Below are positions 18,247 through 28,714 of a stretch of 64,000 nucleotides of DNA, piece after piece (the stretch's first letter is position 1; the number at the start of each line of letters is the position of its first letter). The notes beneath the pieces are model-generated. The model had not been told where the DNA came from and did not search any database. It worked only from the letters and a program-made list of their open reading frames with translations. The DNA comes from Candidatus Wolfebacteria bacterium (GTDB lineage: Bacteria > Patescibacteriota > Minisyncoccia > UBA6257 > UBA9933). Location: NCBI GenBank assembly GCA_024654025.1, contig JANLIR010000002.1, forward strand, positions 21,885 to 85,884, read 5' to 3'. Both the position numbers and the translations under genes were made by a program.

Positions 18247-19716
18247 ATGTTTCAAAAAATAAAGTCTTTTCTTTTTGAAAACAAAAACGCCCGTCAAACA
18301 ATCGCCAAAAACACCTTTTGGCTGTTTTTTGGAGAAATTTCCAGCCGCCTACTGAGAATGATCATAATAATCTACGCCGCCCGTGTTTTGGGGGCTGGCG
18401 GTTGGGGGGTATTTTCTTACGCAATAACACTCGCGGCTTTTTTCACAACTTTCTCCGATATAGGCATAAGCGCTATGCTTATACGAGAATCATCAAAAAA
18501 TCCGTCGATGCGCTCCCAATATCTTTCAACTTCGCTTTTTATTAAATTATTTCTTATCATTATAAGCGCTTGTCTTATAATATTCATTTCACCGTCTCTT
18601 ACGAAAATAGAACAGGTTAAACCGCTACTTCCTATTATCGCTTTAATTTTATTTTTCGACGGCATGAGAGAATTCGGTTTTTCTTTAAACCGTTCTTTGG
18701 AGAAAATGGAAAGTGAAGCTTTAATAAAAACAGTTACAAATTTTTTAATAGTGGGCCTCGGATTGATATTTCTGATGTATTCGAAAACCGTAAAATCACT
18801 CGCATTCTCATATACAATAGGGAGCGGAATCGGATTCTTGTTAACAATTTGGATTTTGAGGTCTCATTTTAAAAATTTATTTTCTAATTTCGCGAAAAAA
18901 TTAATATGGCCTATTTTTTCCACGGCTTGGCCGTTTGCCTTAATGGGAGTCTTGGGCGGGATTATGATAAATACCGACACTATTATGCTTGGATGGTGGC
19001 GGACCGCCGAAGAAATCGGTTTTTATTCCGTAGTCCAGAGAATCATTCAAGCGTTGTATCTTGTTCCGGTTTTATTTTCATCGTCCGTTTTCCCGTCTTT
19101 TTCCCGTCTTGCGAACAAAGACAACGAAAAATTTCGAACAATCTTAGAAAAATCAATCGCGCTTGTTCTTTTGATCGGAATACCTCTAATTTTCGGCGGG
19201 GTATTTTTAGCCAATGAAATAATAACAGCCCTGTTCGGAAACGAATATTTACCTGCCGCAACGACTTTTCAAATACTTCTTTTAACAATTTTGTTGGAAT
19301 TCCCCGTGATTTTTATCGGCAATGCGATATTTGCGTATAACGAACAAAAAAAATTCATCGGTTTTCTAACGATCGGGGCAATAAGCAACGTTGTTTTTAA
19401 TTGGTTGCTTATCCCCCGCTACGGCATTGCCGGTTCAGCAGTTGCCACCGTAATAGCTCAAGTGTTCTCCATGGGTTTTATATGGATCAAGATGAAAAAA
19501 ATAAACGACTTTAAAATTTTCTCCAATCTCGTAAAAATTGTTATTGCAACAATAATAATGTCTTTGTTTGTATGGATTTTAAAAAATTCCGGCATAAATA
19601 TTTTTATCAATATCGCTCTGTCATCACTAATCTATTTCGGACTGCTTTACATTCTAAAAGAGCCGTTACTTAATGAATTAAAGTTAATATTTCCAAGCCC
19701 AAAAAATAACGATTAA
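18247..19716 (+). CDS. Wzx flippase
   Basis: Many TM helices, IAKNTFWL, ARVLG..GWG.FSYA, DTIMLG, LIPRYGIAGSA. Confidence 0.9.
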   Translation: MFQKIKSFLFENKNARQTIAKNTFWLFFGEISSRLLRMIIIIYAARVLGAGGWGVFSYAITLAAFFTTFSDIGISAMLIRESSKNPSMRSQYLSTSLFIKLFLIIISACLIIFISPSLTKIEQVKPLLPIIALILFFDGMREFGFSLNRSLEKMESEALIKTVTNFLIVGLGLIFLMYSKTVKSLAFSYTIGSGIGFLLTIWILRSHFKNLFSNFAKKLIWPIFSTAWPFALMGVLGGIMINTDTIMLGWWRTAEEIGFYSVVQRIIQALYLVPVLFSSSVFPSFSRLANKDNEKFRTILEKSIALVLLIGIPLIFGGVFLANEIITALFGNEYLPAATTFQILLLTILLEFPVIFIGNAIFAYNEQKKFIGFLTIGAISNVVFNWLLIPRYGIAGSAVATVIAQVFSMGFIWIKMKKINDFKIFSNLVKIVIATIIMSLFVWILKNSGINIFINIALSSLIYFGLLYILKEPLLNELKLIFPSPKNND

Positions 19717-19752
19717 TTTTACTCTTTTTTTTAATTCGAGTACTATAAGGAT

Positions 19753-20703
19753 ATGAAAATAATAGTAACCGGAGGCGCAGGTTTTATAGGAAGCCATCTT
19801 GTTGATGCCTATATAAAAGCCGGGCATAAAGTTTCTGTTATAGATAATCTTGATACTGGCAAAAAAATCTTTGTTAATCCGAAAGCTAAATTTTACAAAA
19901 TAAGCGTAACGGATCTTAAAAAAATGGACGTTATTTTTAAAAAGGAGCGTCCCGATCTAGTGGTTCATCTTGCCGCCTTTGATTATATCACTCGCTCGGT
20001 TAAAGAACCTGAAAATGCCGTCAAAGTAAACGTTCTGGGCACTCTGAATGTTCTAAAATTAATGGTAAAATACGGTTCCAAAAAAATAATTTTTGCTTCA
20101 ACAGGCGGTCCGCTTTATGGATTTTCTCCGAAACCGTTGCCGCTAAAAGAAGATAGACCTATTGAATCCGTTTCTCCTTATGGCGCCAGTAAGGCATTTG
20201 CCGAAGAAACAATAAGATTGTACTACCGACTTTATGGCATTAAATATACGGTTTTCCGATACCCCAATGTCTACGGCCCAAGACAATACCCGAAAGGCGT
20301 TGGAAAAGCGGTTGCTATATTTTCAAAATTAATTTTGAGAAACAAACGCCCAACTATCTTTGGGGACGGATCAAAATTTCGCGACTACGCCTATATAGAC
20401 GACGTTGTAAGAGCTCATCTTTTGGCGATCAAAAAAGGAGACAATGAAACAATTAATATCGGCTGGGGTAAACCAACAAGCGATTTGGAACTTTTAAACG
20501 CGGTCAAAAAAGCGCTGGGCAGCAATATCGTTCCCATTTTTGGCAAAAGGCAGCCGGGAGAAGTTGACGGGTTTTATCTTGATGTGACGAAAGCTAAAAA
20601 ACTGCTGGGATGGAAAGCAAAAATAACCATGAAGCAAGGCATGAAAAAAACGGCGGAATATTACAAACTTTGCAAGAAACTTAAGAAAAAATTTATAAGA
20701 TAA
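19753..20703 (+). CDS. NAD-dependent epimerase (UDP-glucose 4-epimerase-like)
   Basis: TGGAGFIGSH, SPYGASK, RYPNVYGPRQ. Confidence 0.88.
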   Translation: MKIIVTGGAGFIGSHLVDAYIKAGHKVSVIDNLDTGKKIFVNPKAKFYKISVTDLKKMDVIFKKERPDLVVHLAAFDYITRSVKEPENAVKVNVLGTLNVLKLMVKYGSKKIIFASTGGPLYGFSPKPLPLKEDRPIESVSPYGASKAFAEETIRLYYRLYGIKYTVFRYPNVYGPRQYPKGVGKAVAIFSKLILRNKRPTIFGDGSKFRDYAYIDDVVRAHLLAIKKGDNETINIGWGKPTSDLELLNAVKKALGSNIVPIFGKRQPGEVDGFYLDVTKAKKLLGWKAKITMKQGMKKTAEYYKLCKKLKKKFIR

Positions 20704-20708
20704 ATTTT

Positions 20709-21530
20709 TTAAATAGATCTTTTAAAGCGGGATAGGATCGGATGCAATAAAGCTCGCAAAAACAACGGCAAAAAAGAATAAAAATACTGAGCCATATTAA
20801 GACAATAGGCCCGCCAAAAATTAGGATAATTTTTTCTGTGCTTTGTAATAATTTGTGAGATCATTTTTGATTGAGCCTTTTGATAAACAAAAGACTTGTT
20901 TTGTCCAGCCATTAAATAACGAGTAAAATATTCGGGGAAATTATAAAATTTTCCAATCTCCCCAAGCTTTAGCCATAAATCCCAATCCTCAGCATAGTGC
21001 CAATTTCCATACCCGCCAACTTTTTTAGCTTTCTCTTTTAAAAACATAGTTGTTGTATGCGAAAAAGGATTTGAAAAAAGAGCCCGCCGGCGTATATCCT
21101 CGTCTTTTTCGTTCTTTAAATAACGGAATAACTCTTTATCTTCGCCGTCAACGACAATTACTCCGCCCCCGCATAAAACATAGTCAGGATGTTTTTCTAA
21201 AAATTCCGTTTGTTTTTTTAATTTGTTTGGATCGCACCAGTAATCATCGTCATCAAGGCGAGCAACATACTTTCCCCTAGATTCCTCTAGGCCGCGATTA
21301 AGAGTTTTGGAAATATCGGGGTAATTATTTTTTTTATTTATCAAAGCCTTTATTCTGGGATCTTTTTTTGCCCAGCTTGATAAAACTTGCGGTGTTTCAT
21401 CCGTTGAACAATCGTCAATAATAATTAGCTCCCATTCTTTAAAACTTTGGCTTAAAATACTCTGGATAGCGCGCTCTATCAGTTTTGCCCTGTTATAAGT
21501 GGGCATAATTATACTAACCAATGGATCCAT
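20709..21530 (-). CDS. glycosyltransferase family 2
   Basis: VSIIMPTYN, IIDDCSTD, LDDDD, AEDWDLW. Confidence 0.9.
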   Translation of the reverse strand: MDPLVSIIMPTYNRAKLIERAIQSILSQSFKEWELIIIDDCSTDETPQVLSSWAKKDPRIKALINKKNNYPDISKTLNRGLEESRGKYVARLDDDDYWCDPNKLKKQTEFLEKHPDYVLCGGGVIVVDGEDKELFRYLKNEKDEDIRRRALFSNPFSHTTTMFLKEKAKKVGGYGNWHYAEDWDLWLKLGEIGKFYNFPEYFTRYLMAGQNKSFVYQKAQSKMISQIITKHRKNYPNFWRAYCLNMAQYFYSFLPLFLRALLHPILSRFKRSI

Positions 21531-21536
21531 ATTTTT

Positions 21537-22244
21537 TTATAATTTTTTAAAATCTTCTTGGCATTTTTTATACCTTTCCGGAGTGCCTATGTCTTTAAGA
21601 TAATCCTTAGTCTCATAACCATAAAACTGCAATCCCTTACTTAAAATGTCAGGTAAAAGTTGATGATCTATTTGGTAATGTTCTTTTTCTGGAATAAATT
21701 GAAGTATGTTTTTATCAAAAACATAAACCGCTCTCATTGCTTTATATTTTTTAGGCAAAGCTTCATGAGGTTTTTTATGAATTTTTAAAAATTGGAGGTT
21801 TTTATCTATTTCTGATAAATCAGAGTCTAAAGGGTGATCAGTATCGCCAATAACCATCATGCCTATAGCGTCTGGCTTTTCTAAAAAGCTTTGATATAGC
21901 TTACCATAATCCAAAAGGCTAAAAATGTCTCCGTAAATTAAAAAGAATTTGCCCTCTATTTCTTGTTCAAAATTTTTAATCGCTCCGGCTGTTCCTAAAA
22001 GCTCCGGCTCATATTTATAAGTTATTTTTACCCCCCAGTTGGAACCGTCCCCGAAATAATCGGTTATTTTATCCGGCAAATAATGAAGATTGATCAAAAA
22101 CTCTTTTACGCCGTGTTTTTTAAATTGTTCTATATGATGTTCCAACAATGGCTTTCCGTTAATCGGAACCATCGGCTTGGGAATCATATCCGTCAAGGGT
22201 CTCAAACGAGTGCCTCGGCCGGCACAAAGAATTAATGCTTGCAT
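21537..22244 (-). CDS. sugar-1-phosphate nucleotidyltransferase (HddC-like)
   Basis: LCAGRGTRLRPLT..PKPM, LGTAGAI, DIGTPERY. Confidence 0.85.
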   Translation of the reverse strand: MQALILCAGRGTRLRPLTDMIPKPMVPINGKPLLEHHIEQFKKHGVKEFLINLHYLPDKITDYFGDGSNWGVKITYKYEPELLGTAGAIKNFEQEIEGKFFLIYGDIFSLLDYGKLYQSFLEKPDAIGMMVIGDTDHPLDSDLSEIDKNLQFLKIHKKPHEALPKKYKAMRAVYVFDKNILQFIPEKEHYQIDHQLLPDILSKGLQFYGYETKDYLKDIGTPERYKKCQEDFKKL

Positions 22245-22245
22245 T

Positions 22246-22833
22246 TTAAACTCTATAACTTATTGCTTCCTTAAAATACTTTATAATAAAATGGCAGACG
22301 CTCGCGTGAATGCTCTCAACAATTTCATATTTGCCCTTCTCTGTTGATACCAAAACTTTCGCGTCCGCCAATTCGTTCAACTTCCCGCCATCGAATCCGC
22401 TTAAACCGATGATTGGAATACCGCGTTCTTTGGCAACTTCAACGGCTTTGATGATATTTATGGAATTCCCGGAACTGCTTATCGCAACTAAAACATCGGA
22501 TTCCTGCAGATAATTTTTCAGCGGTCCGGCGAAAACCATATCATAACCCAAATCGTTCGCCCAAGCGGTTAACTCCGCATCGGTAGTGGGCAAGGCGATT
22601 GCCTGAAATCTTTTTATATCCTTATCGATATGCGCTCCAAAAACGGTTTTATTCAAATCTCCGACAAAATGTCTGGCAATAGCCAAAGACCCGCCGTTGC
22701 CGATAACGTAAATTCTGCCGTCACGCTCATAAGCGGCTTCTAAAATCTTGAGAGCCTTCGCTAATTCTTCTTTGGAAATCAATTTAAAATGCCGGCTTAT
22801 TTCGTCAAAAAATGATGAAATGTGATTATCCAT
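22246..22833 (-). CDS. SIS-domain phosphoheptose isomerase (GmhA-like)
   Basis: IGNGGS, ANDLGY, ISSSGNS, GFDGGKL. Confidence 0.85.
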   Translation of the reverse strand: MDNHISSFFDEISRHFKLISKEELAKALKILEAAYERDGRIYVIGNGGSLAIARHFVGDLNKTVFGAHIDKDIKRFQAIALPTTDAELTAWANDLGYDMVFAGPLKNYLQESDVLVAISSSGNSINIIKAVEVAKERGIPIIGLSGFDGGKLNELADAKVLVSTEKGKYEIVESIHASVCHFIIKYFKEAISYRV

Positions 22834-22837
22834 AATC

Positions 22838-23845
22838 TTATTTACGGTCGTCTCTATAAACTATATCAACGCCGCATTCGGTAAAATTAAACGGTATTTC
22901 TTCAAAATTAGAAAGATTTTGAGATCTTGCGGTTTCAAGAATAGACGCTTTGGCTTCTTCGCGCTTTTCTGATGGAACCAGAAAAAGCATGCATCCGCCT
23001 CCGCCGGCTCCCAAAATTTTTCCTCCCCACGCTCCGGCGGCTTTTCCGGAATCATAAATAACATCAAAAGTGTTGTTAGAAATTTTAGAACTTAATTCCC
23101 TTTTCCTTTTCCAACCCTCATCAAGCATCTGGCCAAGCTTTTCAAAGTTTCCTGAAAGCAAATATTTTTCGAAATCAGCCACCGAATCAGCCATTTGTTT
23201 CAATGTCTCTAGTTTGGAATTAATATTAGTTTTTTGATCACTCAAAACACTGCTGGCATCACGAGTCACTCCGGTAAAAAATAATAAAAGATGATCTTCT
23301 AGATTTTTTTTAATCTTATAAGACAACAAAACCGGTTTAACCGTGACTGAATGGTCAGTATTAAATTGAAAAATATTAACGCCCCCAAAAGCAGCCGCAT
23401 ATTGGTCTTGTTTGCCAACGGGCTCCTTTAAAAGATCTATTTCCAAACGGGAGGCCGCTTCGGCAATTTCTTGCTTGTTTAAATTTTTCCCCAAAAAAGC
23501 GTTTAGTCCTTTTAAAAGCGCAACGGTAAAAACACTGGAAGATCCCAAACCGGCTCTTGAAGAAATATCCGCAAAAGACGCTATCTCAATATCTTTTAAT
23601 ATGCCTAGATCCAAAAGAGCTTCTTTGACTCTGGTATGATTGAGCTGGTGAGGAGAATCAACTGTTTCCGTGGTGACGTATTTAACAATCACTTTTTTAG
23701 TATGAGGAATATGATTTATGGTGATATAAATAAATTTGTTTATGGCGGCCGAAATAACCCGCCCCGGGTATTGAGTATAAAAATCAGGCATATCAGTGCC
23801 GCCTCCGACAAAACTTATTCGAAGTGGAGCCCTTACTATTATCAT
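22838..23845 (-). CDS. GHMP kinase (HddA heptose-7-phosphate kinase-like)
   Basis: RAPLRISFVGGGTD, GLGSSS, GKQDQY, GGKILGAGGGG; start MIIVRAP at 23845. Confidence 0.88.
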   Translation of the reverse strand: MIIVRAPLRISFVGGGTDMPDFYTQYPGRVISAAINKFIYITINHIPHTKKVIVKYVTTETVDSPHQLNHTRVKEALLDLGILKDIEIASFADISSRAGLGSSSVFTVALLKGLNAFLGKNLNKQEIAEAASRLEIDLLKEPVGKQDQYAAAFGGVNIFQFNTDHSVTVKPVLLSYKIKKNLEDHLLLFFTGVTRDASSVLSDQKTNINSKLETLKQMADSVADFEKYLLSGNFEKLGQMLDEGWKRKRELSSKISNNTFDVIYDSGKAAGAWGGKILGAGGGGCMLFLVPSEKREEAKASILETARSQNLSNFEEIPFNFTECGVDIVYRDDRK

Positions 23846-23875
23846 AATATGTAGTATAGTAATACCACTTATAAC

Positions 23876-24490
23876 ATGATTAATCAAGTCGTTTTTTTAA
23901 AATTACTCGTGAATAAAACAATAAAAACTGAAAAAAATCCTGCAATATTTCTTGATCGCGACGGAACATTAACCCAACGCGCGGATTTAACTTGGAAAAA
24001 GAGTCAAATAAAAATTTCTCCCAAAATAACGCCGTTTTTGCGGCAATTTAACAAAAAAAACATTCCAATAATTATCATAACCAATCAGCCGGTTGTGGCG
24101 AGAGGATGGATTTCCGAAAAAGGAGTTGAAAAGCTTCATCAAATAATTCAGAAGCGGATTAAAAAACAAAAAGCGTTAATAAATAAATTTTATTTTTGCC
24201 CCCACCATCCCGAAGCAACCATAAAAAAATACAGAAAAAATTGCGATTGCCGGAAACCAAAAATCGGGTTATTTAAAAAAGCCGCTAAAGAATTTAATAT
24301 AAACCTTTCGCGTAGCGTAACAATCGGAGATATGACTCAGGATATTTTAGCAGGCAAAAAGGCGGGCACAAAAACGATATTAATCAATTCGGGTCACGGC
24401 GGCAGAGACAAAAAATACAATATTTCTCCCGAATACATAGCAAAAACAACGGCCGATGCTTTAAAACTAGCTCAAAAAATACTCAAATAA
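23876..24490 (+). CDS. HAD-IIIA phosphatase (GmhB-like)
   Basis: FLDRDGT, TNQP, CPHHP..CDCRKP, IGD. Confidence 0.88.
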   Translation: MINQVVFLKLLVNKTIKTEKNPAIFLDRDGTLTQRADLTWKKSQIKISPKITPFLRQFNKKNIPIIIITNQPVVARGWISEKGVEKLHQIIQKRIKKQKALINKFYFCPHHPEATIKKYRKNCDCRKPKIGLFKKAAKEFNINLSRSVTIGDMTQDILAGKKAGTKTILINSGHGGRDKKYNISPEYIAKTTADALKLAQKILK

Positions 24491-24507
24491 AAACTTCAGT
24501 TTTTATT

Positions 24508-25548
24508 TTATTTAAATATAATTTTAAATATTTCTTCAAATCTCTTTTCGTAAGTGTGCTCATTAGTAGTCCTTAAATAACCGGCCTCGGCGATTTTTTT
24601 GCGCTCTTTATCATTTTTTAAATAATAATTTATTTTATCAATTAAATCTTTAATGTCTTTATAAATCACAATTTCCTCTCCGATTTTGTAATAATCGCCT
24701 AAATTATCCGCCATAGAGGTCATCAAAAAACCTCCACAAGCCGATATTTCAAAATGACGGGCTTTTATTTGCGGAATTCCCCGATGAATCCAAGATTTGA
24801 AATTACTCCAAAAATTAAAGTCGGGCACAATCTTATCCATCGATCTTCTAAACAATAATCGCCCCAAAGAATTTTTATTTAAAAATCCCGGAGCCGGATT
24901 TAATGCCAAATTAATTTTGCTGGAAGAAAAAATTTCAACCATTTTATCCGAACTTATTCTGCCGTTTAGCCATCCGCTTCCATAACACTCCACATTAATT
25001 CCCTTATTTTTTAAAGCTGAAATTATTTTTTGCCGCGGCCGGCTCCAAGCTCCAACAAAACTGACATCCGGTCCGCTGTTCTGTTTATCATAATTAGACT
25101 TGAAAATGTCGCAATCGGCGGCCCATTGAGAATGAATAAAGTTTTTAACTCCATTTTTTATATACCTATCAACTGCTTTGGAATAGGTGGTGATTATCCA
25201 AGAAAAATGCGGAGCGTAGTGTTTGGAATAATTATCAAAACGCCAATGGTCATCGGAAAACCACGCCAAAGAAACGGTTTGTTCTTTTATTTTTTCAAGA
25301 ACCGAAATTAGTAGTTCATCCGTAAACATAAACGCTAAAAACAAATCCGGTTTTTCTTTATTGATTAAATCAAGAAGTTCGGCATTGCCCCGCTCGCGCC
25401 CCAACTCTAAAATCCTTTCATACGGAAAATCAATAATTTCAAGTCCTTTAGTCTTATTTAAAGCGCCCAGTACGCTATTATGTTCAAAACTAAGCCCCAG
25501 TCCCGGATCATAATTTGTATATTTTAATCCAGTGTATACTATTTTCAT
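24508..25548 (-). CDS. CgeB/YkvP-like glycosyltransferase
   Basis: WFSDDHWRF, DVSFVG, KARHFEISACGG, HTYEKR. Confidence 0.8.
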   Translation of the reverse strand: MKIVYTGLKYTNYDPGLGLSFEHNSVLGALNKTKGLEIIDFPYERILELGRERGNAELLDLINKEKPDLFLAFMFTDELLISVLEKIKEQTVSLAWFSDDHWRFDNYSKHYAPHFSWIITTYSKAVDRYIKNGVKNFIHSQWAADCDIFKSNYDKQNSGPDVSFVGAWSRPRQKIISALKNKGINVECYGSGWLNGRISSDKMVEIFSSSKINLALNPAPGFLNKNSLGRLLFRRSMDKIVPDFNFWSNFKSWIHRGIPQIKARHFEISACGGFLMTSMADNLGDYYKIGEEIVIYKDIKDLIDKINYYLKNDKERKKIAEAGYLRTTNEHTYEKRFEEIFKIIFK

Positions 25549-26252
25549 CGCTTAAAATTTTTTTTCTTTTTTGCCTCCCAAATCAAACAGTATTGGGAAT
25601 TTGAAAAAATGGAAACATCGTTAAAAAAATCTTTCAATATATTTCCCAAATCTTTCTTATTATACTCCCTAACATGGAATTTTGAGCCTGAAAAAACTTT
25701 ATAATTAGTGGGGTTCATGGGAGTAGAACCGATAAAAATTCCTTCGGGTTTTAAAATTTGAGTTATTTTAATTAATAATTTTTTAAAATTTTCTTCGCTA
25801 ATATGCTCTATGAACTCACTTGAAATAACGACGTCAAAATCGTTTGGAAGAACTGACAAATCCCCTGCTAAATCCATAGTTAAATATTTAATTTTCGGAT
25901 TAAAGCGGCGGAAACTTTCTATTTTATCGACACCAATGACATTTTTAACATTTTCGTTTTTGGAAATGCGTTCCGTTAGATACCCGTGCCCGCAGCCCAA
26001 ATCGAGAACTTTTCCGTACGCATTACCCGCTAAAACACCGGCGTAACTTTCAAAATATTCGTCGTCACTTTTCAACCCATTAAAATCAGGCCGTTCTTCA
26101 CTTGCAAAATCAAAATATTTACTATCAAAAAAAATAGAAAAATCGCGGAGTAATGGAACTCGCTTTATGTTCCACCTCGCTTTTCTTATAAAACTCCTCG
26201 TACTAGGATGATTTCTTAAAAAATTTTTAATTGCGGAAAAAATTTCTTTCAT
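25545..26252 (-). CDS. class I SAM-dependent methyltransferase
   Basis: VLDLGCGHG, FDVVISSEFIEH, LKPEG, STP, FHVREY. Confidence 0.88.
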   Translation of the reverse strand: MKEIFSAIKNFLRNHPSTRSFIRKARWNIKRVPLLRDFSIFFDSKYFDFASEERPDFNGLKSDDEYFESYAGVLAGNAYGKVLDLGCGHGYLTERISKNENVKNVIGVDKIESFRRFNPKIKYLTMDLAGDLSVLPNDFDVVISSEFIEHISEENFKKLLIKITQILKPEGIFIGSTPMNPTNYKVFSGSKFHVREYNKKDLGNILKDFFNDVSIFSNSQYCLIWEAKKKKNFKR

Positions 26253-26266
26253 AATTAAGCGTAATT

Positions 26267-27214
26267 TTAATTAAGAAAACTCCCTTCTTTATCTATAAAA
26301 ATAAAATTCTTTTTGTCTGATAATACCTCTTTCCTTAATTCTTTCACCTTCTCCAAATAAATACTTCTCATTCGTTCAACTTCTGCTCTGCGTTTCTGAC
26401 CCAACTGGCCCTCGTGGATTCTCGCGAAATTGGCAGAAATTGGCAAACAATAAGACAAATATCCTTTTGCGTTAAAATTGAAGTAAAAATCCATATACGC
26501 ATCCACTATTTTACTTCCTAATACGTATTCCGGAATGCAATTTAAAAAAACCTTTTTATAAACGCACATATTACAATCCGGGAAAATAAGCGCTGTTTTT
26601 AACCAATAAAAAAACCAGTCCTGTTTTTGAGGAGGTTTTTTTCTCTTAAATATGCTCATTAGAAATAAAAAATTAGTAAAATTTATTTTTTTAATAAGAC
26701 CCACCCATGACGATGGATTTAAAAAACGATACCTCTTGATTATTTGGCGGGCTGAATTTGTTTTTCCAAAAAAATTATTTTTATCCAGAAATTGAGCATA
26801 AGCAAAATGGGGACCAACTACTTTTCCGTTTTCGGTCATATTAAAAGGTATTCCCCAAACAAGAGAAATTTCTTTGTCATTTTTAAATACTTCCATGCAT
26901 TTTAAAAGCCAGTTCGGATTTAAATACCCGTCGGACGCATAAGTAAAGCAAACAAATTCGCCCCGCGATAAAACAAGCCCTTTCATAATTCCGTGCCAGG
27001 CACCTTCGTCTGGCTCAGAAAACACCCGAATATTTTCATATTTTTTTGAATACTCACCCAAAATATCGAGCGTTCCATCGGTTGACCCCGCATCCATTAT
27101 AATCAGTTCCCAATCTTTATATGACTGTTTAAGCACACTTTCAACCGTATCTTTTATGAATTCTTTAGAATTGAATACCGGACACAAAATTGAAATTTTA
27201 GGCGATTGATTCAT
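26267..27214 (-). CDS. glycosyltransferase family 2
   Basis: ISILCPVFN, MDAGSTDGT, SEPDEG. Confidence 0.85.
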   Translation of the reverse strand: MNQSPKISILCPVFNSKEFIKDTVESVLKQSYKDWELIIMDAGSTDGTLDILGEYSKKYENIRVFSEPDEGAWHGIMKGLVLSRGEFVCFTYASDGYLNPNWLLKCMEVFKNDKEISLVWGIPFNMTENGKVVGPHFAYAQFLDKNNFFGKTNSARQIIKRYRFLNPSSWVGLIKKINFTNFLFLMSIFKRKKPPQKQDWFFYWLKTALIFPDCNMCVYKKVFLNCIPEYVLGSKIVDAYMDFYFNFNAKGYLSYCLPISANFARIHEGQLGQKRRAEVERMRSIYLEKVKELRKEVLSDKKNFIFIDKEGSFLN

Positions 27215-27223
27215 TATAAAATT

Positions 27224-28705
27224 CTATAACTTTTTTAGTTTATTATACGCTTTAACGAAAGCCGATTTAAAAATGCTCCATCGGTGTTTTCTCCAATAAT
27301 ACGGGGCTTTCTCAAAAATCATCGTTTGAAGTTTTAGGGGAATTATCGATTTTAACCAAAAAACAACATTAAAAAATAATAACAAAATTTTATTGGATTT
27401 ATAAGGCGGGGATAGTTCCAGAATTGCTTTGAAAATACTTTTTCTAAAACAGGTATCTTTTTCCGGCAAAACATTTTTTTTCTTCAGTAAATAGTAGGTG
27501 AATATTTTTCCCCGTGGCGGCGCCAATCTTATCTGTCCCCTGTCTTTCCAGACCAAAGAAATATCGGACCGGTTTTCCAAAACCTCCGCGCATTTGTTAA
27601 ACCAATCCTCGTCTAAATATTCGCCGCCCGGTCGAGCATTAAATATATAACCCTCTCTTGATTCCGAAACTCCTTTTAGAAATAACTTAAAATAATCTTC
27701 ATCTTGAGAAAAAACCAGTTTAAGCTTCGGAAACTTTTTGCTTATTTCTTTTATTCCTTCACTCTTTTTGCCACAGACCACTATGTGTTCGAAATTCGTA
27801 TAACCCTGTTCGGACACGCTCTCTATGGTTTTTACCAATTTATCAAGGCTTTCGTCTCCCATAAACGGCGAAATAACGGATATTTTCGGCGTGCGCAGAT
27901 CAAATTTCCCATCGAACTTTTTTCCTGAACGCAAAAACTTAAAAGCGGAGTCATAAGACACTTTAGGAAAGGGATTATAAAAGCTGATTTCCGAACAAAT
28001 TAAAATATCGATCGGTTTAAGATTGTAAATTTTATAAATATTTTTAACCGAAATAGGAGCTACCGGATTAAAATATTTATTCGTATCGTTAATAAGATCT
28101 TGACGCGGCGACGGAGTAAGTTCGCCCTGACGATAATAATAAATATTTTTGTCGCTATAGCCGTCTCCTCCAAAAATAACAACTTTTGAAGCTCCTCCCA
28201 CTAAAGCGATATGAACCGCCGCCAACAAAGAATTACTAACCATAAAATGGAGAGGTTTTTGCTCATTAGGAACATCTTTGGCTTCGCTTAATCCGAAGAA
28301 AAAAAGTTTTTTGTCGTATTTTTTTAAAAAATCTTTGAGCTTGAAATCCTTACCCATCAAATCAAAAGTCCCCCGGTAAAACGAGGATGCCAAAACATTA
28401 TTGTCGCCTCTTTCAAGAAAATCTATGCTTCCTTTAATATACTCCGGCATTCCCTCGCGACTGCTGTTTAAAATCAGAGAAAAACGCTTTCCTATCTTCC
28501 CTAAAATATGATTTTCGGCGACCGAATAATTATTCATCCCGAAATAACAGATATCGACATTTTTTAATTCTTCAATCCTTTTTTCCAATTCGGCAATAGA
28601 GGGCCCTGCGGCAAGAATAGCCACCGGCCTTTTGTTGATAATCTTTCGCAAGCGATCTAACCGCTCTTTTGAGTTGGGCAAATAATCTTTCGATGAAAAG
28701 TCCAT
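27224..28705 (-). CDS. Maf/DUF115(CST)-like domain fused to a GT2-like domain
   Basis: N-term VAILAAGPSI..YFGMN..GASKVVIFGGD; C-term PKISVISP..TIESVSEQGYTNFEHIVV. Confidence 0.6.
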   Translation of the reverse strand: MDFSSKDYLPNSKERLDRLRKIINKRPVAILAAGPSIAELEKRIEELKNVDICYFGMNNYSVAENHILGKIGKRFSLILNSSREGMPEYIKGSIDFLERGDNNVLASSFYRGTFDLMGKDFKLKDFLKKYDKKLFFFGLSEAKDVPNEQKPLHFMVSNSLLAAVHIALVGGASKVVIFGGDGYSDKNIYYYRQGELTPSPRQDLINDTNKYFNPVAPISVKNIYKIYNLKPIDILICSEISFYNPFPKVSYDSAFKFLRSGKKFDGKFDLRTPKISVISPFMGDESLDKLVKTIESVSEQGYTNFEHIVVCGKKSEGIKEISKKFPKLKLVFSQDEDYFKLFLKGVSESREGYIFNARPGGEYLDEDWFNKCAEVLENRSDISLVWKDRGQIRLAPPRGKIFTYYLLKKKNVLPEKDTCFRKSIFKAILELSPPYKSNKILLLFFNVVFWLKSIIPLKLQTMIFEKAPYYWRKHRWSIFKSAFVKAYNKLKKL

Positions 28706-28714
28706 TTTTTAAAA